Virus record (IMG/VR): IMGVR_UViG_3300030329_004647
Coordinates: 124,001-188,000 of that record
Reading direction: 5' to 3' (one strand)
Length of the DNA stretch: 64,000 bases
The notes below the pieces were generated by a model that worked only from the letters and a program-made list of their open reading frames with translations, searched no databases and was not told where the DNA came from. Made by a program: the position numbers and the translations under genes. Shown here in pieces: positions 1-10,437 of this stretch. Positions within the stretch are counted from its first letter, which is position 1, and every line of letters begins with the position of its first letter.

Positions 1-1
1 G

Positions 2-1204
2 TTAATCCAAGAACAAGTCCAGTCACCACCTTATGACCTATATACCCAATGGGAAGGTTCTGGTGGAAAAGTTATAACATCTAAGGAATGGAGTGATAAA
101 AAAATATTTAAAGCAGGTTTTATAAATTACATAGGTCCTTTTGGAGATAGAGGTTATGTTGTTTTAATGCCTGGTACAAAATATGTAGATGGAATTGGTG
201 AGATATCTTCACCTGTTGTAAATTCTAAATACCCTCCTATCGGAGGAAATGTGGACAACCAATTATTTAAAATAGAAGATAGAAAATTTAGACCTGGTCA
301 AAATAAAGTGTATGGGGGTGATTTGAAGTGGGCTGAAGGAAACCCACAAATTGACTTTATGAAATATCAAAATAACGATTTATGGGAGTTAGGCAGTCAA
401 GCTAAAGCTTTACAATCTGATATGAATAGAGGTGGTGGTCAGACTAAAACTAGATTTCATTTTTTAGCTTACTCTCAAAGAACTAATGGTAACTTAAGAA
501 TTCTAAACATAAATATTAGATTAAAAAACATAAAAGAATTAGAAGCAGAGGGTAAAACAGACAATACAAAAAAAGGTACTTTAAGCATTAACAATTATGT
601 AAAACAACGTGGTGGTAATGCATGGCACTTAGAATATGGTTCAGCACCGTTAGCGACTTATGGACCTGGAAACATTAGTATAGAGGAAGATTTACCAGAA
701 TTTGTTACCGACGAATACCAGTTTGATGCTGGTGAAAATTTTGATTTCGATTCTGCAGTTCTAACTCAATTAGCTAAAGACGCCATCAAAGAAAAAATTA
801 TTGACGCTATAAATGAATTAGGAGAATATAAAAGTGCTTATTTAAAAGAATTAGGTAAAAAACCCGTAATAATCACAGCTTACTCTTCTATCGACGCAGA
901 TTCTGAAACACCAGGTGGTGGTGGTGATTTTGGACCATGTCAAAGTATTAAAAAATCAGGAAAACGAAAAGATTATAATAAATGCCTTAGTCAATATAGA
1001 GCTAATACAGTTGTAAAACATCTCCAAGATAATTATTCGGATATATTTGGTAATGTTAAATTAAAAGGTATTGGAGGTGGTGAAAACCCATCTAAAAATA
1101 GTTGGAAACCAGGAAAAAAGAATCATGACTCTAAAACAACCCAAAAAGACCGTAAGTTTACAATTAAATTACCAGGATTTACTATACGAAGAAAAGTAGG
1201 TTAA
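2..1204 (+). CDS. 5'-truncated protein with C-terminal OmpA-like (peptidoglycan-binding) domain
   Basis: Frame is open from position 2 (LIQEQVQSPP...), so the gene begins before the window. C-terminus has the OmpA_C-like pattern IITAYSS...YNKCLSQYRANTVVKHL...GIGGGE...QKDRKFTI. Confidence 0.6.
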   Translation, partial: LIQEQVQSPPYDLYTQWEGSGGKVITSKEWSDKKIFKAGFINYIGPFGDRGYVVLMPGTKYVDGIGEISSPVVNSKYPPIGGNVDNQLFKIEDRKFRPGQNKVYGGDLKWAEGNPQIDFMKYQNNDLWELGSQAKALQSDMNRGGGQTKTRFHFLAYSQRTNGNLRILNINIRLKNIKELEAEGKTDNTKKGTLSINNYVKQRGGNAWHLEYGSAPLATYGPGNISIEEDLPEFVTDEYQFDAGENFDFDSAVLTQLAKDAIKEKIIDAINELGEYKSAYLKELGKKPVIITAYSSIDADSETPGGGGDFGPCQSIKKSGKRKDYNKCLSQYRANTVVKHLQDNYSDIFGNVKLKGIGGGENPSKNSWKPGKKNHDSKTTQKDRKFTIKLPGFTIRRKVG

Positions 1205-1785
1205 TAAATGTAATTTCTTGATATTTGAAAGGAAGAGTATATAGCAAGATGTGTTTTACCCTTCCATGTGAATAAACCTAACTGAGTAGACCCAGAACCA
1301 ATACCCACAATACCATCCCCAACAGAAGCCCAGTTTTTTATGATAATTTGGTGCCCAGGAGAGTTGTCCCAAGAGTTAACTAAATAAGTAGCTAAGTCTT
1401 GGTAAGTGACAAATCTTTCAGAGGACACACATGTTAACATACTTACTTCTGAATATGCATCAACTTCATACTTTAATGTTTTATTTTGGTATTGTGATTG
1501 TATCTCATCATATACATCTACACTTATTTTATTTAATATATGTTTACCTTCAGGATGCCCAGCAGTTTGTTGTTCCACTAAAACACCTGTAATGTATGTA
1601 GATAAATTGTCGTGTAAAACATCAGAATAAACTAACTTTGGATTTCCGTACGATTCACGATAATCATTAATTTCTACAAATACTAAACTATCTATAAGTT
1701 CAGCATTAAAATTATTATAATCAATTACCTGTGAATAGGTTGTTAGTGTTATAAGAGTTAGTAATAATGTAATTAATTTTTTCAT
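1201..1785 (-). CDS. Secreted CAP/SCP-domain protein
   Basis: Signal peptide MKKLITLLLTLITLTTYSQ; CAP motifs INDYRESYG and LVNSWDNSPGH. Confidence 0.7.
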   Translation of the reverse strand: MKKLITLLLTLITLTTYSQVIDYNNFNAELIDSLVFVEINDYRESYGNPKLVYSDVLHDNLSTYITGVLVEQQTAGHPEGKHILNKISVDVYDEIQSQYQNKTLKYEVDAYSEVSMLTCVSSERFVTYQDLATYLVNSWDNSPGHQIIIKNWASVGDGIVGIGSGSTQLGLFTWKGKTHLAIYSSFQISRNYIY

Positions 1786-1789
1786 ACTA

Positions 1790-1820
1790 CAAAGATAATA
1801 AATTTTAATTAAACAACAAA
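1790..1820 (-). promoter_or_regulatory. Bacteroidota-type primary-sigma promoter (TTTG-N19-TATCTTTG)
   Basis: Minus-strand TTTG at 1820-1817 and TATCTTTG at 1797-1790, 4 nt before the ATG at 1785. Confidence 0.7.
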
Positions 1821-1822
1821 GA

Positions 1823-1830
1823 TATTTATA
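1823..1830 (+). promoter_or_regulatory. Putative late promoter TATTTATA
   Basis: Motif recurs upstream of many structural genes; here upstream of 1848. Confidence 0.6.
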
Positions 1831-1847
1831 ATAAAAAAAAGAATATT

Positions 1848-2141
1848 ATGAATTTTTTCAAAAACATGTTAAGTAGTGAAGGTAAAGTATCTAGTAAGAG
1901 ATTTGTTACCTTCGTATGTCTTTTATTTATGTTAATCGGGTACACCGCTAATTTATTCTGGGATTTCACAATAGATGATAATCTATTCCAGTCACTTCAA
2001 TGGATTGTAATGGCGGGTCTTGGTTTTACAGCTGCAGAGAATTTTTCACCTAAAGGTGAAGAAACACCAGTAGAAGAAGAACCATCACCAACATCTACGA
2101 CTGTAACCCATCAGTATGATTATGATGAGGAAGACATTTAA
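1848..2141 (+). CDS. Small two-TM membrane protein (holin-like)
   Basis: SSKRF followed by two hydrophobic segments and an acidic tail. Confidence 0.45.
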   Translation: MNFFKNMLSSEGKVSSKRFVTFVCLLFMLIGYTANLFWDFTIDDNLFQSLQWIVMAGLGFTAAENFSPKGEETPVEEEPSPTSTTVTHQYDYDEEDI

Positions 2142-2145
2142 AAAC

Positions 2146-2174
2146 AAAAAAACCACTTAATAAGTGGTTTTTTT
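2146..2174. terminator. Bidirectional intrinsic terminator
   Basis: AAAAAAACCACTT-AAT-AAGTGGTTTTTTT between convergent genes. Confidence 0.85.
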
Positions 2175-2195
2175 TATTTCTATGTAATTATTTAA

Positions 2196-2834
2196 TTATC
2201 TTTTTGAAGCGTGATATCCCGCTAATATTGATTTACAATGCTTTTCACTCTTACATTTTCTCCATACACCAAGCTTAGGGTCGTTATCATCTAAAATAAC
2301 CCAACCACCAGCTCTTTTTCTAATACAACCTTTTGGTGAGTCTTCACAGTAGTTTCCACCTTTCTTTTCTTTTAATATTCTTTTTAATCTTTCTACAATA
2401 GTTTTAACTTTTTTTGTAGATTCATTAGCTCCGAATCCCATCATTCCGTGTGCTGGACTATCTGGGTTAGAATCGTCACCCATTCCATCATCAGCCATAT
2501 CATCTTCATCATGTGGTGTTAACTGACCTGTTAGTTTTTCACCAGCCACTTTTTGTAAATTACTAATATCCTCACCCATTTCCTGAGAGATTTTTTTTCT
2601 TCTATTGGCTAAGTACTTGTCTGAGCTATCGACATCACCATCATTATCTATGTCCGCGTCCTCTTTTCCTACAGGGTCTAATTTGGTTTCACCCATCTCC
2701 TGTTTTACTCTTCCAGTTCCTATCATTCCCATATTACCCATGCTCGATATATTATTACCCATTTTTGCTTTTACAGTTTTTTCTATAAGAGCTATGAGTT
2801 CTGATTCTGTTAGTCTAATTTTTTTTGTTTTCAT
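2196..2834 (-). CDS. Putative internal head protein with Dx[DN]xDG motif
   Basis: N-terminal IRLTESELIALIEK; DPVGKEDADIDNDGDVDSSDKYL motif; charged, low complexity. Confidence 0.5.
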   Translation of the reverse strand: MKTKKIRLTESELIALIEKTVKAKMGNNISSMGNMGMIGTGRVKQEMGETKLDPVGKEDADIDNDGDVDSSDKYLANRRKKISQEMGEDISNLQKVAGEKLTGQLTPHDEDDMADDGMGDDSNPDSPAHGMMGFGANESTKKVKTIVERLKRILKEKKGGNYCEDSPKGCIRKRAGGWVILDDNDPKLGVWRKCKSEKHCKSILAGYHASKR

Positions 2835-4321
2835 ATTTCATTTACTACTTGGAATTTTATTACTCTTCTATAAGTATTTACTTGTTGGTTTGAAATCGCT
2901 TTTAAATCTATAAAATACTCATTTGGTATCATATCTCTAGTGTCTACTAGGAAATAGTTTTGGTTAAACGCTCTATTAACAGGAGTCCATGGTTGTGTTT
3001 CTACTTCTGTTGTTCCCTGTCTAACATATAATCTATAGTCTAAATTTTCTATAGCTACGTGTTCATTTACTGTGTATGGTACTCTTACAGATACTATTAC
3101 TTTTCTAATATCATCATTGGTTACCTTTTCATCTAATTTAATTCCAGATAAAGAAAATCCATATTCCTTAGGTAACTCATCATTAGTGCCGATTTGGTAA
3201 TAGGAAGTTTCTGGTAATATTGTAAATTCATTTGTTACATTAGATAAAGAAATATTATCTATAGACATATTTGACCATTGGTCTTGGAATAAACTAGGTG
3301 TTCCATATGTGTCTCCCGTGACATTTAACCCAACATAATAAACACCACAAGTACATTGTGTAGCTGTCATAGATGTATATACAACATCATCACAATCATA
3401 TATAGTTACTTGAGGTAAATTATCTAAATTAGTAGGTACCCCATTAGTGTTAACATACAAATACAATTTATTATTTTTTGATTTATAGAATTGATTTCTA
3501 TCGTCTTGTATTAAATCGTTATAATAAGTTAAAACATAAGGTTCATAAAAAGTTTGAGTATACTTTGTAAAAAACCCTACTGTGTAAGATTCTGTAAGTC
3601 CAGTTAACTCCTCAAATTCTACTGGATAAGACACAACATAAGTAATACCTGTTGTAATAGAAGTATCACCAGTCAACCTACGATTTATTTCGTCTGTCAT
3701 ATCAATAGAAATGTCTTCATTACCATTATCAAAAGATTGGGTTCCTAAGACTTCAAAAGTCGACGAATCATTACTTTGATAAGTTCCATGATAATCCCAA
3801 GGAGTTACCGTAGTAGCCGATAACCAATTACTAGGCCTTTGTGACCAAGTTCTATCCCACTCGGGAGCAAACATACCAGGAGCTTGTACAAAGTCATAAC
3901 CGATACCTTCGTCCCAAGTTACCCCAGTAACTTTTAATAGGTTTAAAATAAATGAACTAGCCCTATTTGAACCATTATTTAACTTATCCCTTAACAAGTC
4001 CTTATCAAACGAGGACGTATTAGTCATTTTTAATGTGTGTGAAACAGCACACTCACCAGTTAATATAATACAACCACTATCAACTTTTTCTTTAATAGCA
4101 GCAATATCTACATCAAAAATAAATCTAGAAAAGAAATTACCCGAAGAAAACGTATACCCTGTATTACCTCCACAGGTGTCCCCTGAGAGACCTGTATACT
4201 TACATGGGTTCGAGGTATCCCTACCATAGAAAAGTTCCATAACAGGGTTCTTTGCGGTGTTAACAAGGCTATTGTTAACAATAGTATTATTTTTTGAGAA
4301 GTATGATTTATAATAAGACAT
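2831..4321 (-). CDS. Putative virion structural (baseplate-region) protein
   Basis: 496 aa, beta-rich, Thr/Ser/Gly motifs, follows gp5-like gene, preceded by TATTTATT (4343-4336). Confidence 0.5.
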   Translation of the reverse strand: MSYYKSYFSKNNTIVNNSLVNTAKNPVMELFYGRDTSNPCKYTGLSGDTCGGNTGYTFSSGNFFSRFIFDVDIAAIKEKVDSGCIILTGECAVSHTLKMTNTSSFDKDLLRDKLNNGSNRASSFILNLLKVTGVTWDEGIGYDFVQAPGMFAPEWDRTWSQRPSNWLSATTVTPWDYHGTYQSNDSSTFEVLGTQSFDNGNEDISIDMTDEINRRLTGDTSITTGITYVVSYPVEFEELTGLTESYTVGFFTKYTQTFYEPYVLTYYNDLIQDDRNQFYKSKNNKLYLYVNTNGVPTNLDNLPQVTIYDCDDVVYTSMTATQCTCGVYYVGLNVTGDTYGTPSLFQDQWSNMSIDNISLSNVTNEFTILPETSYYQIGTNDELPKEYGFSLSGIKLDEKVTNDDIRKVIVSVRVPYTVNEHVAIENLDYRLYVRQGTTEVETQPWTPVNRAFNQNYFLVDTRDMIPNEYFIDLKAISNQQVNTYRRVIKFQVVNEI

Positions 4322-4343
4322 ATCTATTCTTTAATAATAAATA

Positions 4344-6248
4344 TCAATTAATTCTGATGTTTTGATTTAAAACTGTTTCTGAAGCCTCTTGTATCAGTTT
4401 ATCTAGCTCTCCTTTTTCATCATTAGCACCTGCATCCGCTTCTTTATTCGCACATGCATGTTTGTGGTCCTTTAAAAATTCTACTATTTTTTTAAGTAAT
4501 TTTATTAAAGGTTCACCCCTAACCATAGAATTAGTAGAACTATCAACTTCCTTTATTAATTGTTCTTGGGTTAATCCATAGTTATCTGTCATATTAACAG
4601 TTCCCTGAGTTCCGTCTGGTCCTGCACTATTAGAAGAATGAGACACAAAATATATTTTTTCAGCACTACCGACAACAAAACCCTGTTGTTGGTCAGGTAT
4701 AGTATTTAGTCTTTCATCTTCGAACTCTACAGTTTTAGTAGGTACACTATCATTATCAGTCATTTTTTTAGGCTCAATCATAAACCCATTATTGACTACA
4801 CTTCCTAATTTTATTTTATTACAAATCTCGTTTAACCCGTTACTAGCGACAGTAGGTGGTGTAGTGTCTAATCCATTTCTAGTTGTAGCATTAGGTCTAA
4901 ACCATAAAGGATGTGTATTTCCTTGAACAGCATTTGCCATACTCTCACTACCCTCTCCCGTATCAAAGTCAAATGATTTTGTTGGGTTATCTGGGTCCTG
5001 TTTTAAACATTCGGTCCAGTTATTATTATGAACTTCACTAATAAAATCATTAACTTCTTTTATATATTCTTCACTAGTAACACCATTAAACGATTGTTTA
5101 AATATTTGCCTTTGTTTAGGCACATCAACTGGAGTATCTCTCCAAGTCCTAGAACAAGTTAATTTTCCACTGGTATTTGTTGGAGCGACAACTTGACCAT
5201 CTACAACACCTCCTTGAGCGTTTTCAGGGACATTACCATCATTTTCAGGTATAGTAGTAGCACTAGTAGTAGCTCCTGACGCGTCATACCCCGTCATAAT
5301 ATAAAAACTAACACCACCATTAACAGTTTGACCAGTGCCTCCATTAAAAGTACCCCAATTATCAATATGATACTCAATAAACCCCCTCATATTTTGGTCA
5401 TCTAATTCCTCTCTAGTATTAGTAAATTTTTCTAAAACTAGTGTGTTTGGGAATGTAGCTAGTTGCATTCCAGTATATTTGGTATTAAAAGCAGGTGTAT
5501 TAGGTGTGGTTTGATTTCTTATCATAGCACCAGTTCTAATAAGAACTTGAGGATATTCCTCAAAACTTGTACTGTCTTGAAAAGAACCATCTTCTAGACG
5601 AGGACCTATTTGTTTTTGTGGGACTTTCTCCTTCATACCAAGGATAACATCAGCACCATCTAATTTACCACCTCCACCACGACCTTTTATAGCGATATCA
5701 CCTGGATTAGGTATTACACCTTTAGACTCCACTGATGAACTTATAGGCACACCTTTTTCAGGTCTAAAATCTACCTCTTTACTCGTCCACATACTTCCTT
5801 TAGAATAGTGTTCTTGATAACCACCTGTTTGGAATTGAGAAATAAGAGGACCTATGTACTCAGCGTTTTGACTTTTATTTATTGGGTCGTAGTATATTAT
5901 TTTATGTAACTCATCTTCTTTTGGAATAATATTAAGATGTTGTGGTAAAAATGGTGTAATAATAAACGGGTCACTATCTTCCCATGGAACATAATTAGGT
6001 ATTTCATTACTATTACCAAAATTACTTCTTCCTGTTTTAGCTTTTTTGTCTTCTTCTTGTACAAATGTTATAGCGTCTGCTAACTGTCCTACAATCTGGT
6101 CTTGACCAAAAGGTATTACAGAACGAATTCTACAAGCTCCTCTTGGGTCGTTATTATCTACACATACAGCTAAATCAATAACATGTGCACGAGCCCTAGC
6201 TTGTTTACCAGTAGTTCTTGGAGCTACAAAATTATTTCCTACCGCCAT
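4344..6248 (-). CDS. Baseplate hub/central spike protein (gp5/VgrG OB-fold-like)
   Basis: N-terminal CVDNNDPRGACRIRS resembles the gp5 OB-fold start; C-terminal RGEPL...HKH resembles a spike-tip HxH. Confidence 0.6.
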   Translation of the reverse strand: MAVGNNFVAPRTTGKQARARAHVIDLAVCVDNNDPRGACRIRSVIPFGQDQIVGQLADAITFVQEEDKKAKTGRSNFGNSNEIPNYVPWEDSDPFIITPFLPQHLNIIPKEDELHKIIYYDPINKSQNAEYIGPLISQFQTGGYQEHYSKGSMWTSKEVDFRPEKGVPISSSVESKGVIPNPGDIAIKGRGGGGKLDGADVILGMKEKVPQKQIGPRLEDGSFQDSTSFEEYPQVLIRTGAMIRNQTTPNTPAFNTKYTGMQLATFPNTLVLEKFTNTREELDDQNMRGFIEYHIDNWGTFNGGTGQTVNGGVSFYIMTGYDASGATTSATTIPENDGNVPENAQGGVVDGQVVAPTNTSGKLTCSRTWRDTPVDVPKQRQIFKQSFNGVTSEEYIKEVNDFISEVHNNNWTECLKQDPDNPTKSFDFDTGEGSESMANAVQGNTHPLWFRPNATTRNGLDTTPPTVASNGLNEICNKIKLGSVVNNGFMIEPKKMTDNDSVPTKTVEFEDERLNTIPDQQQGFVVGSAEKIYFVSHSSNSAGPDGTQGTVNMTDNYGLTQEQLIKEVDSSTNSMVRGEPLIKLLKKIVEFLKDHKHACANKEADAGANDEKGELDKLIQEASETVLNQNIRIN

Positions 6249-6426
6249 CTTTGTATCGTTTTTTCATTTCATCATTTAGAAGATTGTAATTTCCCTCAAC
6301 ACTATCTAAATGTAATGTAAGTTTTATAATAAGGTCTTTAGTCTTATCAAACTCAGTTTTTAATTTATCCATCTCCGTTAGAAGATGTTTATTAGGTTTA
6401 TCTTTATAGTCTTTTAAAATTTCCAT
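6232..6426 (-). CDS. Small coiled-coil hypothetical protein
   Basis: 64 aa, tightly coupled with neighbours. Confidence 0.55.
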   Translation of the reverse strand: MEILKDYKDKPNKHLLTEMDKLKTEFDKTKDLIIKLTLHLDSVEGNYNLLNDEMKKRYKDGGRK

Positions 6427-6428
6427 AG

Positions 6429-8534
6429 TTATAAATAAAGTCCATTTGATACTATAGGTGGTATAATGGTTAATCCTGGTGGACCACTCGCGGTAGCTGG
6501 GTCTGATATAGACTGCACCCGTCCATTAGTTGATTTTTCATCATCCATAGATTCTATTAAGGCAAATTGTCCTAATAAATCTAAATTAGGTTCACCACTA
6601 GGCATATCTCCGGTAGGATAACCAAATTCCTCTAGTTTAGTTATTAATTTTTCAAAAGTTCTAAGTGAACTAGTACCAGCTCTTTTCTTAGTCGCGAACA
6701 ACAACCAAGGAGGTACACCAAACGGTACGTCAGGCGCCACCGCTTCCAGTAACCTAAGTAATGTGTCTAAAATACTTTTACAGTCTTTTGCATTACGAAG
6801 TTCATCAATCCAAGGCATTAAAGCGTTAATTAATGCTGTTACTACTTTTATATATTTTTTACCCTTCTCCCCAATTATTCTTTTTAATTTATCCATTAAC
6901 ATTTTGGTTAAATAACCAATTACAATGTTAAATAATATTCTCACAACTTCAGCTAAAACTTCTCTAGCTATTCTTACAACTACTCGTTTAAATATTTTCA
7001 TCCATTCTTTTGGATTTGAAGCTAAAAGAGCGTTTTCATTTAAAAATTTATACACCAGTACCACAGGTAAACAAAGTTTTGGTGATAATAATGCAATCAT
7101 TAATATGTCAGGAAATTTTACAATTAATTCTTCTTTAAAATCTATAGACCAATCTAGTGGATTAAAATAAGGGTCTGGTTCCTTATCTGCAGACTCCGCT
7201 AGTCCATTTTGTATTATTAACTCAAAAGTTTTAAACCCACTACCAGCTTGAACTAGTTCAGCTTGAATAATATCATCTGCTGCATCTATAAAGGTTTGGA
7301 GGTCTAAAGGAATTTCTATTTCTGCACAGGATTGCAGCGCAATAACCCCTTTTCGTTTTCTATTAGTTTCATCCACCAAATTTTGTTGTTCCTCAACATT
7401 AAATCTAAACCATGAATCATCATCATCTAATTCTTGTATAAATTGTTTAGTATCTGTACCTACTTCACCCAAGTCTCCTCCATCACAAGCACCTATTATA
7501 TTATTAAGAACTTTAATTAATTCATTTATCCCTAAAAGGTCAGCAAGATTTACACCACCGTTTCCGAAAGTTATAAGTCCAGATAATAATTCTAATATTG
7601 CTCCTAATATGTTATGTAGTTGGAATAGACGTATGTTCTCAAAATAATCAACTACAAACTCAATTACAGTAAATTTTGTTCCGTCTCCAGGTGATGCTTG
7701 ACCACCAGGACCAGGACACCCATCAAACACACTATTGTTGTCTGCAGCACCACCATTACTAGCTTTGTAATGTGGTGAGATTTTAAGGTAATCACCACCA
7801 TCATATTCTATTGTAAAAAGATTTAAACCACTTTTACCTTGTACTTGATATGGTGTGTTAGGGTTTTGTAATAAAAAATGTAAAAATCTATTCATCGAAA
7901 AAGGTGTTGAACCCGCAACGTAGGGTTCAGCTTCATAAGCAAACTTCCCAACTCCCTCGTCAGGAGATAACTTTAAATTTTTGAATAAATCTATATGAGA
8001 TATTTTTATCTCTATGGGACACGAAATACCATCACCCACAACGGGTACATTCATACTTAAATCACAATTAAAAGCGGCAAGAATTTCTTCTATTACAATA
8101 TGTTTGATTTTAGGTATAACAGTAAATATGGCTTGTTTTATCACCTTACTTAATAAAGCTGAGTAATTAACCTGTGAAGCACGTAACATTTGTTTGTTAG
8201 CTCTTTCACGCCATGCTTGACCTTTATCCCTAGCGTCGTCCGCTTGAGCTTGAAGTTCTTCTTGACCTTGTTTTTTTGCTTTTTTTATGTTCGCACGAAA
8301 GTTCTCTTTTTTTTCTCTAACTTTACTACTGGAATTTTCATAAGCTTGTGTTTCCTTAATTAGAGTTAATAAAAAAGGTAGAGGGTTCTCAACAATTCCT
8401 TGTAGAGCCTTAAAAGTTTTTTTCCACTCTTCTAAGTTTTTCCTTTCCTTCTTTTGACCATCTAATTCTAGTAATCTAGTAAGAGCCTGGATTTGGGCAA
8501 TAATATCCTTTTTATCTTGTTTAGTATCTGACAT
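6429..8534 (-). CDS. Large hypothetical protein, probably virion/baseplate-associated
   Basis: 701-aa ORF in late operon upstream of spike gene. Confidence 0.5.
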   Translation of the reverse strand: MSDTKQDKKDIIAQIQALTRLLELDGQKKERKNLEEWKKTFKALQGIVENPLPFLLTLIKETQAYENSSSKVREKKENFRANIKKAKKQGQEELQAQADDARDKGQAWRERANKQMLRASQVNYSALLSKVIKQAIFTVIPKIKHIVIEEILAAFNCDLSMNVPVVGDGISCPIEIKISHIDLFKNLKLSPDEGVGKFAYEAEPYVAGSTPFSMNRFLHFLLQNPNTPYQVQGKSGLNLFTIEYDGGDYLKISPHYKASNGGAADNNSVFDGCPGPGGQASPGDGTKFTVIEFVVDYFENIRLFQLHNILGAILELLSGLITFGNGGVNLADLLGINELIKVLNNIIGACDGGDLGEVGTDTKQFIQELDDDDSWFRFNVEEQQNLVDETNRKRKGVIALQSCAEIEIPLDLQTFIDAADDIIQAELVQAGSGFKTFELIIQNGLAESADKEPDPYFNPLDWSIDFKEELIVKFPDILMIALLSPKLCLPVVLVYKFLNENALLASNPKEWMKIFKRVVVRIAREVLAEVVRILFNIVIGYLTKMLMDKLKRIIGEKGKKYIKVVTALINALMPWIDELRNAKDCKSILDTLLRLLEAVAPDVPFGVPPWLLFATKKRAGTSSLRTFEKLITKLEEFGYPTGDMPSGEPNLDLLGQFALIESMDDEKSTNGRVQSISDPATASGPPGLTIIPPIVSNGLYL

Positions 8535-8905
8535 TACACTTCATATTCATCACTTTTGTCGTTAGAATCTGAATCTTGTGTTAATAGACTTGAAATTGAT
8601 TCTCTAATATCGTCACTTAAAGAACCAATAGTAGCTGAATTAGGAACTCTCTTATCTATTAAAGAGGAGTGTAATTTAGCTAACTGTAATTTTTTTTCAA
8701 TAGAGGAGTCAACAATTTTTTGTTGTTCTTTGAGAACAGGCCCTAGAAGAGTTAAGTCGGTAGCTTCTTTCATAAAAGAAATCATCTTGTTTTGTATACG
8801 TATAGCAGTAGTTCGTTGTTCTACACATTCATTATAGATTTCTTGCATAAGAGAAAGTACACTTTCATTATCTAACGTTATTTTCTTTTTTTTAGGTCTT
8901 GGCAT
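8534..8905 (-). CDS. Hypothetical helical protein (late gene)
   Basis: 123 aa; TATTTATA 5 nt upstream of ATG. Confidence 0.55.
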   Translation of the reverse strand: MPRPKKKKITLDNESVLSLMQEIYNECVEQRTTAIRIQNKMISFMKEATDLTLLGPVLKEQQKIVDSSIEKKLQLAKLHSSLIDKRVPNSATIGSLSDDIRESISSLLTQDSDSNDKSDEYEV

Positions 8906-8910
8906 AATAT

Positions 8911-8918
8911 TATAAATA
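8911..8918 (-). promoter_or_regulatory. Putative late promoter TATTTATA
   Basis: + strand TATAAATA at 8911-8918, heading the 8905-4344 operon. Confidence 0.6.
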
Positions 8919-8923
8919 TTTTG

Positions 8924-9625
8924 TTACTCATTTCTAAACTGCGAAATTAATTCACCGTATAAAACCTTGTATCTTCTAAGGGCCATCCTAATTTCTTTAG
9001 TGGTTAGACCAGTCATTTCTCTTAGGTGATATAGTATTACATTCTTATTAAATTTATTACCTTCACCACCTATAAAAATCCTTTCAAAGTTCTCGAAAAC
9101 ATCAATAAGTGATAATCCTACCTTGTTTTCATTCTCACTAAGTTTGTTTTCTGACATAAATACCTTTAGTTGGCTTATGTAAATTTTTATAAAATCACTA
9201 ATATTACTTTCCTCATCATCGATATGATACACCATGTCATCTCTTTCCTGAACACTAGTGGAAATATCTTCGTAAGATATTTTTCTTTTTAATTCCTTTT
9301 GGTCTTTCATTATTTGTCCCATTAGATAATTTTTACAAATAGTACCAAAATAGGAATAGGCTTTTTTACCTTTCTCAGGTTTAAATTTATCGGCTTTAGT
9401 TATTAAAAAAGATAATGTGTCAGCATGAATGTCTCTAAAATCTAAGTTACGTCTATATAATTTATAACGTCTTATAATACTATCAATCATCTTATTTAGT
9501 GGAGCACGTAAATTATCATTATAAACTTTATTTTTTTCGCTCCAAGTGGTAGCAGTTAGAAAAACTCTAACAGCTGCCTCCTCATTTTCACCGAAGTAAA
9601 GCCCTTGTGTTCTAGGTCTAGGCAT
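8924..9625 (-). CDS. Phage RNA polymerase sigma factor (T4 gp55-like late sigma)
   Basis: Region-2-like segment FLITKADKFKPEKGKKAYSYFGTICKNYL resembles gp55 F.P....NPFAYFTQI; C-terminal helical segment. Confidence 0.6.
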   Translation of the reverse strand: MPRPRTQGLYFGENEEAAVRVFLTATTWSEKNKVYNDNLRAPLNKMIDSIIRRYKLYRRNLDFRDIHADTLSFLITKADKFKPEKGKKAYSYFGTICKNYLMGQIMKDQKELKRKISYEDISTSVQERDDMVYHIDDEESNISDFIKIYISQLKVFMSENKLSENENKVGLSLIDVFENFERIFIGGEGNKFNKNVILYHLREMTGLTTKEIRMALRRYKVLYGELISQFRNE

Positions 9626-9631
9626 ACTTAC

Positions 9632-10432
9632 TTACGCTTCTGTTGTCTGATATTTTATTGGTCTATCCTGTGTGAAAAAATATTCTTTTTTAGCTGTGTC
9701 CACCCAAAATTTTGCTTCATTAGGTGAAAGCTTGTGCTTTGGATGGTTTTTATAATCCCAAAAAAGAGAATGCTCTCTCATATTTGTGTGTTTATAACCC
9801 ACCTTAGGTACAGTCATGATTTGAATATCGTTGTATGTAGCTCTTAATAAAAACTCATAAGAAAAAGTTAATTTAATATTAGATTTTAATCCCCCGATAT
9901 CTCTAAAACTTTCTGACCTCATCACCATTCCAGATGTTTGGAAATTTTGGTAATTAAGTAAAGTATTGTTGTCTAGGTACCCCATTTTTTCTGAGAATCC
10001 CATAGCCCATAAAGCTTCATTTGTGAAACCTAAAAATTCATTAGTTTCTGATGTTTCCACTACTAACGGGAAAAATAAATCCACATCTTCATAATAGTCT
10101 ATATATTGTTGTACATTTTTAAACCATATTTTAGAGTACTCATCATCAAACTCTAAAACAGAAAACCAATCTGTTTCTATATTATCCACTCCAAAATTTA
10201 TTTGTCCACTAAATGAAGAATCACCACTATTAAATAAAACATCAACATCTAAATTTTCTGGCTTTTCCCACTCTTCGAAAAATTTTATTATATCATTTTT
10301 AGCTGCATGTACAACTAATATTTTTTTAGGTTTATCAACCTGCTCCTCTAAGCTTTTAATGCATTTGGTAAATAAATTTTTAAACTCACCTGAAACATCA
10401 TTAACTGGTATAATTACTGTAATATCATTCAT
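9632..10432 (-). CDS. Glycosyltransferase family 2-like
   Basis: ITVIIPV start, INFGV..TDWFSVLEFDD (DxD-like), YEFLLRA. Confidence 0.75.
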   Translation of the reverse strand: MNDITVIIPVNDVSGEFKNLFTKCIKSLEEQVDKPKKILVVHAAKNDIIKFFEEWEKPENLDVDVLFNSGDSSFSGQINFGVDNIETDWFSVLEFDDEYSKIWFKNVQQYIDYYEDVDLFFPLVVETSETNEFLGFTNEALWAMGFSEKMGYLDNNTLLNYQNFQTSGMVMRSESFRDIGGLKSNIKLTFSYEFLLRATYNDIQIMTVPKVGYKHTNMREHSLFWDYKNHPKHKLSPNEAKFWVDTAKKEYFFTQDRPIKYQTTEA

Positions 10433-10437
10433 TTTAT

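Noticed and set aside
8911-8918. Canonical T4 late promoters TATAAATA read on the + strand (also 41033, 50023)
   Set aside because: In that orientation most point away from the adjacent start codon or into gene ends; the consistent gene-facing form is TATTTAT.
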